A stretch of DNA of 64,000 nt from an uncultured Chloroflexia bacterium (GTDB lineage: Bacteria; Chloroflexota; Limnocylindria; Limnocylindrales; CSP1-4), in NCBI GenBank assembly GCA_963833225.1, contig CAWHXD010000006.1:288001-352000 (forward strand). The letters are read 5' to 3'. Of this stretch, positions 31,074 through 40,999 are shown piece after piece. Both the position numbers and the translations under genes were made by a program. Every line of letters begins with the position of its first letter. Position 1 is the stretch's first letter. Under the pieces are notes generated by a model. That model saw nothing but the letters and a program-made list of their open reading frames with translations, was not told where the DNA came from and did no database searches.

Positions 31074-32252
31074 CTAGGCGACCGGGACCTTGCCGTCCTT
31101 GACGGTGATCACCGTGGACTTGATGACAACCTGGATGAAGGTCTGCCCGATCGTGAGCGTGACCTGCTTGCCGTCGGGTCCGAAGAAGCGCGTCGGCGAG
31201 TCGAAGCTCTTCTTCTTCCAGGTGCCCTTGATGGTGATGCCGTTGGTCGCGATCCAGGCCGGCCCGGTCCCCGTGATGTGCCCGTCGAGGCGATGCTTCT
31301 TGTCGCCGATCGGGACGAACGCGACCTTCATGATGACCACGTTCTTGGGCGCGATCCGGGTCTTGGGCTTCGTCCCGACGTCATACTGCTTGCCCTCGAC
31401 CGAGACCGAGCGCCTGTAGGTGTTGGTGGCCCGGTCGTACTTGTAGGTGATCTTGTTCCAGGTGTACGGGACCTTGATGGTCCCGCCCTCGGGTCGCAGC
31501 TCGAGGGGCGCGTCCGGGGCGAAGTTCCACACCGGCTTCTGGTCCTTCACCGGCTTGGCGCCGACGGATTTCGGGATCTTCTTGACGTTCTTCTGGTCGC
31601 TGTAGAGGTTGTGCGGCGCCGTCCGGAACTTCACCCGGTACAGGAAGCGGCTCCAGTCCGCGTTGTACACGGCCTGGCCATGACCCTGCGCGCGCAGGAA
31701 CGCGATCGCCTGTGGCGAGCCGCCCGCGTGCACGTACACCGACGTCCACTCTGACGCCCATCCGACGTAGTACAGCCGCGAGCTTCGCACCGGTCCGAGC
31801 CGGGTCGGGAACGTCGTCTGGAACAGGGCCATGTAGCGCGGGATGCCACCCTCCGCGGGGGCGTGCCACACGACATCGGCCTGGGACAGGCCCATCTGCG
31901 GCCGGGCCGCCCACAGGTCGTCGATCATGACCGCGATGACGGGACGGCTCGCCACCTTCTCCGTGACCGGTGCGCCGGTGAGCGGCGCGGGAACCAGGAC
32001 CGGCGTGGGCTCCGGCGTCGGGGTGGGGACGGGCGTTGGCGTCGGGGCGACCGACGGCGAGGCGGAGCCGGTTGGAGCCGTGGGCTGCGAGGTCCCGGCG
32101 GCGCCGGTGTCGGCCGGTGCGGGCGTGGGGCTGGCCACCGCGACCGGCGAGGAGGACGCGTTGGGCTGGGCCAGCGCTCCGGCCCCGATGCCCAGGGCCA
32201 CCCCGATGACGAGGGCGAGGACGGCGAGGGTGGCGAGGACGGGTCGGCTCAT
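31074..32252 (-). CDS. DUF3048 domain protein with Pro/Thr linker
   Basis: IAVMIDD..AARPQ.GL..ADVV, EGGIPRY, GPVRSSR, HAGGS, APHNLY. Confidence 0.88.
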   Translation of the reverse strand: MSRPVLATLAVLALVIGVALGIGAGALAQPNASSSPVAVASPTPAPADTGAAGTSQPTAPTGSASPSVAPTPTPVPTPTPEPTPVLVPAPLTGAPVTEKVASRPVIAVMIDDLWAARPQMGLSQADVVWHAPAEGGIPRYMALFQTTFPTRLGPVRSSRLYYVGWASEWTSVYVHAGGSPQAIAFLRAQGHGQAVYNADWSRFLYRVKFRTAPHNLYSDQKNVKKIPKSVGAKPVKDQKPVWNFAPDAPLELRPEGGTIKVPYTWNKITYKYDRATNTYRRSVSVEGKQYDVGTKPKTRIAPKNVVIMKVAFVPIGDKKHRLDGHITGTGPAWIATNGITIKGTWKKKSFDSPTRFFGPDGKQVTLTIGQTFIQVVIKSTVITVKDGKVPVA

Positions 32253-32419
32253 GAGGGCTCCGGTGCGGCAAGTCGCCTGGCGGTCGTTGGCCCCGCGGAA
32301 CCCGGGCGGCGGCAGGGGCGACCGCCGGGACTCTACACCACGGGACCTCCGGCCGTGGGCGCGGGCGGGTGAGTGGGGTAGGCTGCTTGGACTGCCGCGC
32401 CGCATGCTCGAGGACAACG

Positions 32420-33028
32420 ATGAACGAAGACACGCCCCCCGCCACGAAGCGAACGCCCAGGAGGGCGGCACCGACCGCGCCGGCTGCCGATGCCTCGTTC
32501 GAGGCCGCCGAGGTCGCGGCCGCGCAGGAGGCGCAGGTGGAGATCGCCGCCCCGGCCGCCCCCGAGGGCGCCCGACTCGCGGACAGGATCGACGTCCCCG
32601 CTCTGCACATCGAGCGCGGTGGGATCAACGAGGCCACCGCCGGCTCCGTCGAGGTCCGGATGGGCGGGATCGGGACCCTCAACGCCGAGGAGGTCTTCGT
32701 CCAGTGGGGTGGCGTGGGCGCCGCCCGGGCCGAGAAGGTCGGGGTGGAGTTCGGCAGCGTGGGCGCCGCCCTTGCCGGCGAGCTCAACGTCAGCCAGGGG
32801 TTCGCGAACACCCTCGTCGCGCGCAGCGCAACGATCGAACAGGGGATCGTCAGGACCGTCATCGCCCAGCGGGTGTCGTTCAGCCGGCCGTCCGCGGTGC
32901 TGGTGCTGATTGCCGCCAAGGTGGAGGGCGAGGTGCGGCCCCTGCTCGACTGGCGAGGCGCGCTGGCGGCCGGCGCGGCGTTCGGACTGATCTCCGTGAT
33001 CGCGAAGGCGGTGCGCGGGCGCCGCTGA
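32420..33028 (+). CDS. Hypothetical protein with 15-aa repeats (predicted beta-solenoid) and C-terminal hydrophobic helix
   Basis: Periodic units ALHIERGGINEATAG / SVEVRMGGIGTLNAE / EVFVQWGGVGAARAE ... Confidence 0.75.
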   Translation: MNEDTPPATKRTPRRAAPTAPAADASFEAAEVAAAQEAQVEIAAPAAPEGARLADRIDVPALHIERGGINEATAGSVEVRMGGIGTLNAEEVFVQWGGVGAARAEKVGVEFGSVGAALAGELNVSQGFANTLVARSATIEQGIVRTVIAQRVSFSRPSAVLVLIAAKVEGEVRPLLDWRGALAAGAAFGLISVIAKAVRGRR

Positions 33029-33051
33029 GGCGAACGGCCGGACCGCGCCGG

Positions 33052-33954
33052 CTAGCGCTGCCGCCGTCGTCGGCCGCGCCCGCGACCGGGGGCCTTGGGC
33101 TCCTTGCCCGCGGCGCCGAACACGCCGGCCGCCTTGGCAGCGGCGCGGCGCTCCGCGGATCGATCCTGGTGGAGCGCGACGACATCGGCCGGCGAGCCTT
33201 CGGCCACGATCCGGCCCTGCTCGATCAGCATCGCGTGGTTGCAGTACTCGCGGACCCAGTTCATATCGTGGGTCACCAGCACGATCGCCTTGGCATCCCG
33301 CACCAGCTCCGCCACGCGCTGCTTGGACTTCTCGCGGAACGCCGCATCGCCGGTCGAGAGGACCTCGTCGAGGATCAGGATGTCGGGCTCCACCGCGGTC
33401 GCGATCGCGAACCCGAGCCGCGCCCGCATGCCGGAGGAGTAGGTCTTGATCGGGACATCGATGAACTCACCGAGCTCGGCGTAGTCCACGATCTCGGGCA
33501 GCTTCTCCTCGACCACTTGGTGGTCGAGGCCCATGAACGCGCCGGCGAGCCGGATGTTGTCGATGCCGCTGAGATCCGCGTCGAACCCCACGCCGAGCGT
33601 GAGCAGGCTGGAGACGTGGCCGTCCACCTCCATCGAACCCTCGGACGGCGTGATGATCCCGGCCATGACCTGCAGGAGCGTGCTCTTGCCCGCCCCGTTG
33701 GGCCCGATGACCCCCAGGGACTCACCGTGACGGACGCTGAACGAGACGTCGCGCAAGGCCCAGAATGCCTTGCCCGTGTTCCGCCGGAGGCGCTGCGAGA
33801 GCGAGGCCCGCATGGTGGGCTTCTTGGTCAGCTGCAGCGTGTAGCGGACGCCCAGTCCGTCGGCCCGGATGGCGACCCGAGCGTCCGCCGCGGGCGCGGG
33901 GCGCGCCTGCGTGACCGACTCCTCGCCCGTCGCGAGCGTTTGCGACTCGCTCAC
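33052..33954 (-). CDS. Polysaccharide/teichoic-acid export ABC ATPase (Wzt/TagH-like)
   Basis: FWALRDVSF, GPNGAGKST, YSSGMRARLGF, ILDEVLSTGD. Confidence 0.93.
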   Translation of the reverse strand: MSESQTLATGEESVTQARPAPAADARVAIRADGLGVRYTLQLTKKPTMRASLSQRLRRNTGKAFWALRDVSFSVRHGESLGVIGPNGAGKSTLLQVMAGIITPSEGSMEVDGHVSSLLTLGVGFDADLSGIDNIRLAGAFMGLDHQVVEEKLPEIVDYAELGEFIDVPIKTYSSGMRARLGFAIATAVEPDILILDEVLSTGDAAFREKSKQRVAELVRDAKAIVLVTHDMNWVREYCNHAMLIEQGRIVAEGSPADVVALHQDRSAERRAAAKAAGVFGAAGKEPKAPGRGRGRRRRQR

Positions 33955-34832
33955 AGGACCTTGGCGAAGTTGGGCTCGACCCGCTTGAACAGCAGGATGG
34001 CGAGCGTGAGCAGCACCAGCGACACGATCCCCACGTTGACGAGCCCGCCCCAGTGCGGTGCCATGCCCTCGTAGATCACGTTTCGGTAGGCCCCGATGAG
34101 GTAGGTGAAGGGGTTGATCGAGTACCAGGTCTCGATCGCAGGACCCAGCCCGTTCTGGCGGGCGGTGATCTCCTTGACCTGGTCCATCCCGTACAGCGTG
34201 GGCGACAGGTAGAACCAGAACCGCATCAGGTGGCGGGCGACGTTCCCGATGTCACGGTAGAACACGTTGAGGGCCGACACGGCGATCGCGACCGCCGTCG
34301 AGAACACCAGCTGGACGATCGCGATGACCGGGATCAGGACGATCCACAGCGTCAGCCGGTGCGGATAGAACAGGATCATCATGAATATGAGCGGGATCAG
34401 ACCGAACAGGAAGTTGACCACGCCCGAAGCCGAAACCGCGATCGGCAGGACGAGCTTGGGAAAGTAGATCTGCTTGATCAGGCGCTCCGACCCCACCACC
34501 GTCTGGAGGCCGGCCTTGACCGTGGCGTCGAACCATTTCCAGGGCAGGATGGCCGCGAAGATGAACAGGGGGAAATCTGCGTATCTGTTGCGCCCCAGGA
34601 TCACCCCGACCAGCAGGTAGTAGACGAGCATCTGGAGCAGCGGATCGACGATCCACCAGATGTTGCCCAGCAGGGTGTCGGCGCCGGTCTTCTTGAGGTC
34701 GGCGCGCACAAGATAAGCGATGAGCCGTCGTCGGGACAGCGTTTCGGTGATGCCGATGCGGATCAGCGCCAGCGGGCCGGGACGTACCGACGACGACCGG
34801 AACGAGGACGGCACCTCGGATCTGGCAGTCAC
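33951..34832 (-). CDS. Polysaccharide export ABC-2 permease (Wzm/TagG-like)
   Basis: LLGNIWWIVDPLL, LIKQIYFPK, FYRDIG, WFYLSPTLY, INPF. Confidence 0.93.
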   Translation of the reverse strand: MTARSEVPSSFRSSSVRPGPLALIRIGITETLSRRRLIAYLVRADLKKTGADTLLGNIWWIVDPLLQMLVYYLLVGVILGRNRYADFPLFIFAAILPWKWFDATVKAGLQTVVGSERLIKQIYFPKLVLPIAVSASGVVNFLFGLIPLIFMMILFYPHRLTLWIVLIPVIAIVQLVFSTAVAIAVSALNVFYRDIGNVARHLMRFWFYLSPTLYGMDQVKEITARQNGLGPAIETWYSINPFTYLIGAYRNVIYEGMAPHWGGLVNVGIVSLVLLTLAILLFKRVEPNFAKVL

Positions 34833-34991
34833 GGCCGGGAGAGTAGCACGCTGCCCCCGCGCACCGGCCGCGCATGCCGCGCACACCGGCCGCGCGCGCG
34901 CATGGGGTACCATCCGCCCCGCACCGTCCGCCGTCCGGACTGACGTCGTGGCCGGCAGCGACAGACACCACTTGAGGAATCTCCGACCATC

Positions 34992-36704
34992 ATGACTCCA
35001 CGCCCCAAGCCGACGCCGCGAGCTCGCACCTGGGACGACCGCGAGCGGCGCAACATGCTGCTCAACTTGGGCTTCGGCTTGACCGTCGTGGCAGCGCTGT
35101 TGCTGCTGCTCCTGGCCTGGGGGGTCTCCTGGTACACGGACCACCTCGCCGCCGCCGGATCCGTCAACGGCACCACCATCACTCGCGACGAGTTCATGAA
35201 GCAGGTCGCGATCAACCAGTTCCGCGCCAGCTACCAGCAGAGCCGGATCCGGACGCTGCTGGTAGCTGGCCACATCGGGGCCGCGGATGCCACGGCTCGC
35301 CAGAACGTGATCGACCAGCGCCTGCAGCAGCTCGGCTCCCTTTCGCTCGAGCAGCTGATCGACGGCACGCTCCAGGCGAGCCTCGCCGTCGACCAGGGCG
35401 TCACCGTCACGGCCGCCGACGTGGACGCCCGCCTCAAGGAGGAGGCCACGACCCCCGAGCTCCGCCACGCCTGGGTCATCGAGGTCAAGCCGGAGGTCGT
35501 GGCCGGCGCCACCGGTCCCACCGACGAGGCCGTCGCCGCCGCCAAGGCCACCGCGGACACGGCGCTCGCGGACCTGCGCTCGGGCCAGGACTGGGAGACC
35601 GTCGCCAAGGCCGTGTCCACGGCGGCCAGCAAGGACCAGGCGGGTGACCTCGGCTTCATCGACGAGAACACCACGCTCGACGCCTCCTTCCACGAGGCGC
35701 TGCAGGCCGTTGCCGTGGACACCCCCACGGACGTCCTGGCCGGGTCTGACCAGATCTTCCGCATCGGACGGGTGACCGAGATCATCGCCCCGGTCGAGGA
35801 CGCGACGTTCACGACCCAGATCACCGAGGCCGGCATCTCGCTCGACGACTATCGCGCTGCCGTCCGGCGGGACGTGACCCGCACCAAGCTCAACGACGTC
35901 ATCGTTGCCCAGTACCTGGCGCCCTCGCCGCAGCGCGAGACGTCAGAGATCTTCATGCAGCAGAGCAACAGCGAAACCGGGCCGTCCGCCGTCCGCGTCC
36001 GGCACATCCTCTACTCGCCCAACCACGACCCGCAGGGGGCCGCGGCCCTCGCCGATGACGATCCCGCGTGGGTCGCCGCGAAGGCGGATGCCGACGCCGC
36101 ATACGCGAAGATCGAGGCAGACCCGTCGCTGTTCGACTCGATCGCCAGGACCGAGTCCGATGACACGGCCTCGGCGCCCTATGGCGGCAAGCTGGGCTAC
36201 GTTGCCGACGATGGCACGATGGTCCAGGAGTTTGCCGACGCGATCTTCGCTCCCGGCCTGACGGCCGGCCAGCTGCTGGCTCCCGTCAAGACGGCGTTCG
36301 GCTGGCACCTGATCCAGATCATGAGCTATCCGACGGACGTGGAGTGGATGACCATCCTCCGGAACCGCATCGAGTCGGGTGAGCTCACGTTCGCCGATGC
36401 GGCCCGCGACAACTCGGACACGACCGAGTCCGCGGATGGCGGCTCCCTAGGCTGGATCGGCAGGGGCCAGCTCCCGCAGGTCCGCGAGGACGCGATCTTC
36501 GCGGCGCCGATCGGCAAGCCCAGCCAGACGCTGGTCGTGGACGGCGAGGGGATCTACATGTTCCTCGTTGCCAAGGAGGAGACGCGCGCGCCGGATGCCG
36601 AGCAGAAGGCGACGCTCGAGGTCTCCGCGTTCTCGATCTGGTATGCGAAGGAGAAGGCCAACGCCGTGATCGAGCGCGACAGCCAGATCACCGGCGGGAT
36701 CTGA
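34992..36704 (+). CDS. Membrane-anchored SurA/PrsA-type peptidyl-prolyl isomerase with several parvulin domains
   Basis: N-terminal TM; AGDLGF, VRVRHIL, GGKLGY, VKTAFGWHLI, GGSLGW. Confidence 0.88.
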   Translation: MTPRPKPTPRARTWDDRERRNMLLNLGFGLTVVAALLLLLLAWGVSWYTDHLAAAGSVNGTTITRDEFMKQVAINQFRASYQQSRIRTLLVAGHIGAADATARQNVIDQRLQQLGSLSLEQLIDGTLQASLAVDQGVTVTAADVDARLKEEATTPELRHAWVIEVKPEVVAGATGPTDEAVAAAKATADTALADLRSGQDWETVAKAVSTAASKDQAGDLGFIDENTTLDASFHEALQAVAVDTPTDVLAGSDQIFRIGRVTEIIAPVEDATFTTQITEAGISLDDYRAAVRRDVTRTKLNDVIVAQYLAPSPQRETSEIFMQQSNSETGPSAVRVRHILYSPNHDPQGAAALADDDPAWVAAKADADAAYAKIEADPSLFDSIARTESDDTASAPYGGKLGYVADDGTMVQEFADAIFAPGLTAGQLLAPVKTAFGWHLIQIMSYPTDVEWMTILRNRIESGELTFADAARDNSDTTESADGGSLGWIGRGQLPQVREDAIFAAPIGKPSQTLVVDGEGIYMFLVAKEETRAPDAEQKATLEVSAFSIWYAKEKANAVIERDSQITGGI

Positions 36705-36721
36705 CGGGCGGCGACGAGCCG

Positions 36722-37887
36722 ATGCTGGACGCGCTCCTCGCCGAGGCCCGGGTTCGCTGGAGCCTGGATCCGGCGGCCGGCGTGTCGGTGGTGGTCGCCG
36801 AGCGCCTCGTCGCCACCCCGATCGAGCCCTCGCTGCCGGTGATCGTGGTGCCGGCCGTTCGCCTCCGGGCGCCCCTCGCGGGCGATGAGCCCGCGCCGGG
36901 GCCGCTGCCGGGGCGCCACGGTGCGACGGGTCGTGATCCGGTCGAGGTCCTGCGCCGCCTGTACCCTCCCGGCCACGCCGTTGGACGGTTTGGCAACCCG
37001 GACGGCACCACCATCGGTGCGCTGACCGCCAATGACCTGGAGGTCCCGCTGTACCTGGCACCGGTCGAGCCGGTGGCAAACCATGCCTCGCCATGGGGCA
37101 TGCCCTGGATCTCGGACCGTCTCCGGGCGCCCGACGGGTGTCCGTGGGATCGCGAGCAGACCCACCAGTCGCTGCGCGGCCATCTGCTGGAGGAGGCCTA
37201 CGAGGTCTACGACGCGCTCGAGTCGGGCGCCACCCCGGAGCTGGCCGGCGAGCTGGGAGACCTGCTTCTCCAGGTCGTCCTCCACGCGCAGCTCGCCGCG
37301 GAGCAGGGCGTGTTCGACATGACCGACGTGTGGGCCGCGATCACCACCAAGATCGTCCGCCGGCATCCCCACGTGTTCGGCGAGTCCGAGGCGCGGACCG
37401 CATCGGACGTGAACCGCCAGTGGGAACGGATCAAGCAGGGCGAGCGTGCCGCCGCCGCGGAGGCGGACGGCGGCGAGGCGCCGGCCAAGAGTGCCCTCGA
37501 CGGCATCAGCCGCTCGCTGCCGGCGCTCGCCGCCAGCCAGGAGATGCAGGAGCGGGCCGCGCACCTGGGCTACGACTGGCCGTCCATCGACGGCGTCCTC
37601 GACAAGGTGCGCGAGGAGGTCGGCGAGCTCGTCGAGGCGGACAGCGACGCGCACCGCGCGGAGGAGCTGGGCGACCTGCTGTTCGTGCTGGTGAACGTCG
37701 GACGCAAGACGGGCGTCGAGGTCGAGTCGGCCCTGCGGCCGCCAATGACAAGTTCCGCCGGAGGTTCCGGCACGTGGAGCTCGACGCCGCCGCGCGCGGC
37801 ACGGCGCTCCGCGACATGACCTTCGAGGAGCTGGACGCGCTCTGGGACGCCGCCAAGGCGACCGAGCGCGGGGAGGCGACAGCATGA
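36722..37887 (+). CDS. mazG: MazG nucleoside triphosphate pyrophosphohydrolase with N-terminal extra domain; frameshift at about 37737
   Basis: [35 protein letters not shown], then [10 protein letters not shown]...[10 protein letters not shown] in the shifted frame. Confidence 0.92.
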
Positions 37888-38618
37888 GCATCGGCAACCG
37901 TGGACACGTGCGCGCGGATGGGCGCGGACCGAGCGAGATCCGCCCGATCTCCATCGAGCTGGGCGTCCAGAAGTGGGCCGAGGGCTCGTGCCTCATCCGG
38001 TTCGGCGACACCCAGGTCCTGTGCGCGGCGACCATCGAGGACCGTGTCCCGCCCCACCTGCGCGGCAAGGGGACCGGCTGGGTCACCGGCACCTACGAGA
38101 TGCTGCCGCGGGCCACCGCCGAGCGCTCCGAGCGTGAGAGCGCGAGGGGACGGATCGGGGGCCGGACCCATGAGATCCAGCGGCTTGTCGGGCGGTCCCT
38201 GCGCGGCATCGTGGACCTCTCCCGGCTCGGCGAGCGGACGGTCACCGTGGACTGCGACGTGATCGTGGCCGATGGCGGCACGCGCACCGCGTCGATCACC
38301 GGCGGCTTCGTGGCCCTCGCCGCGGCCCTGATCACGTACGGCATGGACCGCCACCTCGTCGGGCACGTCGCGGCCGTGAGCGTGGGGATCATCGAGGGCG
38401 TCAACATGCTGGACCTCGACTACAGCGAGGACTCGCGGGCCGAGGTGGACTTCAACGTGGTCGGCACCGATGCCGGCAGCTACGTGGAGCTCCAGGGGAC
38501 CGCCGAGGGCAAGCCATTCGATCGGGCGCGGCTCGACGAGCTGCTCGACCTCGCCAATGTCGGCCTCGCCCGGCTGTTCGAGGCCCAGGCGCAGGCGATC
38601 GCCACGGTGAGGCGCTAG
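37884..38618 (+). CDS. rph: Ribonuclease PH
   Basis: [48 protein letters not shown]. Confidence 0.97.
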   Translation: MSIGNRGHVRADGRGPSEIRPISIELGVQKWAEGSCLIRFGDTQVLCAATIEDRVPPHLRGKGTGWVTGTYEMLPRATAERSERESARGRIGGRTHEIQRLVGRSLRGIVDLSRLGERTVTVDCDVIVADGGTRTASITGGFVALAAALITYGMDRHLVGHVAAVSVGIIEGVNMLDLDYSEDSRAEVDFNVVGTDAGSYVELQGTAEGKPFDRARLDELLDLANVGLARLFEAQAQAIATVRR

Positions 38619-39271
38619 TGCCGGAGGCCCCCGCCGCCGCCCGGCTGCTCGTCGCGACCCGCTCGCGTCACAAGCTCCGCGAACTGGGCGAGCTGCTCGA
38701 CCTGCCGCCGGGCGTGGAGCTGCTCTCGCCCGACGACCTGGGAATCGAGGGCGAGCCGGACGAGACCGGGCGCACGTTCGAGACGAACGCGAGGATCAAG
38801 GCCCGCTACTACGCTGTCCGATCCGGCCTGCCGACGCTGGCCGACGATTCGGGCCTCGAGGTGGACGCCCTCGGTGGCGGTCCCGGCGTGTATACGCGCC
38901 GGTACGCGGGACCCGACGCGAGCGACGCCGACAACAACGCCAAGCTCCTGGACGAGCTTGCTGGCCTCCCGCCGGAACGGCGCGGGGCCCGCTACGTGTG
39001 CGTGCTCGCACTGGCGCTCCCGGATGAGGCCGGGCCACGCGGGGCCGTCCGGATCCTGGCCCGGCGCGGGACGTGCCGTGGCCGCATTGCCACGGGCCTC
39101 CGCGGCGACGGCGGCTTCGGGTACGACCCGTTGTTCGAGCCATCGCAGGAGCCGCCCGGCGGCCGGACGCTCGGCCAGTGGTCGGCGGCCGAGAAGCACG
39201 CCATCTCGCACCGGGCGCGCGCTGCTCGGCGGATGGCCCCGGTCCTGCGCGAGGTCCTGGCGCGGCGCTGA
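38618..39271 (+). CDS. rdgB: Non-canonical purine NTP pyrophosphatase (Ham1/RdgB)
   Basis: ETGRTFETNARIKA, ADDSGLEVDALGGGPGV, GFGYDPLF, KHAISHR. Confidence 0.95.
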   Translation: MPEAPAAARLLVATRSRHKLRELGELLDLPPGVELLSPDDLGIEGEPDETGRTFETNARIKARYYAVRSGLPTLADDSGLEVDALGGGPGVYTRRYAGPDASDADNNAKLLDELAGLPPERRGARYVCVLALALPDEAGPRGAVRILARRGTCRGRIATGLRGDGGFGYDPLFEPSQEPPGGRTLGQWSAAEKHAISHRARAARRMAPVLREVLARR

Positions 39272-39290
39272 GGTCGGGCGCGGGCCCCAC

Positions 39291-39833
39291 CTATGACGCG
39301 CGGTACTCCGCGGAGGCCATGTCCGAGTCCAGGAAGACCGAGGAAATCGACTCCCCCAGACTCAGGTCGTTGATGACGACCCCCCGCAGCGTCAAGGTCC
39401 CGGCGGCGCTGGACACCATGACGACGTCAAAGTGGGCGCCCGTGGCGCTGGCCTCGATCACGCGCGGGTCGAGCGCGTCGGTGGCGAGGGTGACCTCGAT
39501 GATGGAGGCCGACGCCCGGCGCTCCAGGGAATACGAGTTGATCTCCATCAGGGACGCGATCTCCGGGATGGCCATCGTCGGTCCGGCCGTGGCCTTTGGA
39601 GCGGCAGCGGGTTTGGCCGCGGGCGAAGCCGGCGTGCCACCCTCGCGCTGGACGGGCGTCCGTAGCGCAACCGGTCCCCGCCCGGCCAGGAGATCCACGA
39701 CCGAACGATTGCCCGATGCCACCTGAAGACCGAGCAGTACGTCAGCGGTGGTCTGCGGGCCGCCGTCCCGGGGCGCGATCCTTCGCTCCTGCTCGCTCGT
39801 GTCTTCCCGCGGGCGGGGCCGATGGGACTTCAT
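39291..39833 (-). CDS. Hypothetical protein: LQxxxGN..VQR leader plus Hcp/tail-tube-like C-terminal domain
   Basis: 3' part of ORF 39291..40586 from ATG 39833; see findings for the motif alignment. Confidence 0.65.
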   Translation of the reverse strand: MKSHRPRPREDTSEQERRIAPRDGGPQTTADVLLGLQVASGNRSVVDLLAGRGPVALRTPVQREGGTPASPAAKPAAAPKATAGPTMAIPEIASLMEINSYSLERRASASIIEVTLATDALDPRVIEASATGAHFDVVMVSSAAGTLTLRGVVINDLSLGESISSVFLDSDMASAEYRAS

Positions 39834-39883
39834 TGCTGGCCGCGGTGCATGCCCCGGACCGTACGGCCGCGCGGACGCCGGAG

Positions 39884-40999
39884 TCAAGGGACCCGGGCTG
39901 GCCGATGTTGCGACGGCTCGTGCTGGATTGGCTCCCCGTACCAGCGCCGGCCCAGCCAGAACGCGACGTTGACGAGGGCGATCATCACCGGGACCTCGAC
40001 CAGCGGTCCGATGACCGCGGCGAAGGCCGCCCCGCTGCCGATGCCGAACGTCGCCACGGCGACCGCGATCGCCAGCTCGAAGTTGTTGGACGCCGCCGTG
40101 AACGAGAGCGCCGTGGTCTGCCCGTAGCTGGCCCCCGCCCGGACGCTCATGGCGAACGTGACCAGGAACATGACCACGAAGTAGATGAGCAGCGGGATCG
40201 CGATCCGGACCACGTCCAGGGGCAGCGCGATGATGTTCTCGCCCTTGATCGAGAACATCACGACGATCGTGAACAGCAGGGCGATCAGCGTCACCGGGCT
40301 GATGCGCGGGATGAAGGTGCCCTCGTACCAGGCCCGGCCGTTGCGGCGAATCAGCAGGATCCGGGTCAGGAACCCGGCGATGAACGGGATGCCGAGGTAG
40401 ATGAACACGCTCTGCGCGATCTGGCCGATCGTGATGTCGACGGCCAGTCCCGGCAGCCCGATCCAGGTCGGGAGCACGGTGATGAACACGAACGCGAACA
40501 CGGAGTAGAACAGGACCTGGAAGATCGAGTTGAACGCGACCAGCGCGGCCGCGTACTCCGGATCGCCGCGCGCGAGGTCGTTCCACACGATGACCATCGC
40601 GATGCAGCGCGCAAGGCCGATCAGGATCAGCCCGGCCATGTACTCGGGCTGGTCACGCAGGAAGACCACCGCCAGCCCGAACATCAGCAGCGGGCCGATG
40701 ACCCAGTTCTGGACCAGCGACAGGGCGAGGATCCGCGTGTCCCGGAACACGCGCCCGATCTCCTCGTACCGCACCTTGGCCAGCGGTGGGTACATCATCA
40801 GGATCAGGCCCAGCGCGATCGGGATCGAGGTCGTCCCGACGCTGAGCCGGTCCAGCAGCGGGACCACGCCGGGGACCAGCGCGCCGAGCGCGATGCCGCC
40901 GGCCATCGCCGAGAAGATCCAGACCGTGAGGTAGCGATCCAGCAGCTTGAGGCGGCGCGCGGGTGCCACCGGCGCCGTGGGGGCCGTGACGGGGGTCAT
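39884..40999 (-). CDS. acr3: Acr3 family arsenite efflux transporter
   Basis: [54 protein letters not shown]. Confidence 0.96.
   Translation of the reverse strand: MTPVTAPTAPVAPARRLKLLDRYLTVWIFSAMAGGIALGALVPGVVPLLDRLSVGTTSIPIALGLILMMYPPLAKVRYEEIGRVFRDTRILALSLVQNWVIGPLLMFGLAVVFLRDQPEYMAGLILIGLARCIAMVIVWNDLARGDPEYAAALVAFNSIFQVLFYSVFAFVFITVLPTWIGLPGLAVDITIGQIAQSVFIYLGIPFIAGFLTRILLIRRNGRAWYEGTFIPRISPVTLIALLFTIVVMFSIKGENIIALPLDVVRIAIPLLIYFVVMFLVTFAMSVRAGASYGQTTALSFTAASNNFELAIAVAVATFGIGSGAAFAAVIGPLVEVPVMIALVNVAFWLGRRWYGEPIQHEPSQHRPARVP

Noticed and set aside
33951-35693. 580-aa ORF as a long Wzm fusion
   Set aside because: The 5' half is antisense to the PPIase gene; the permease starts at GTG 34832 behind a -10 box
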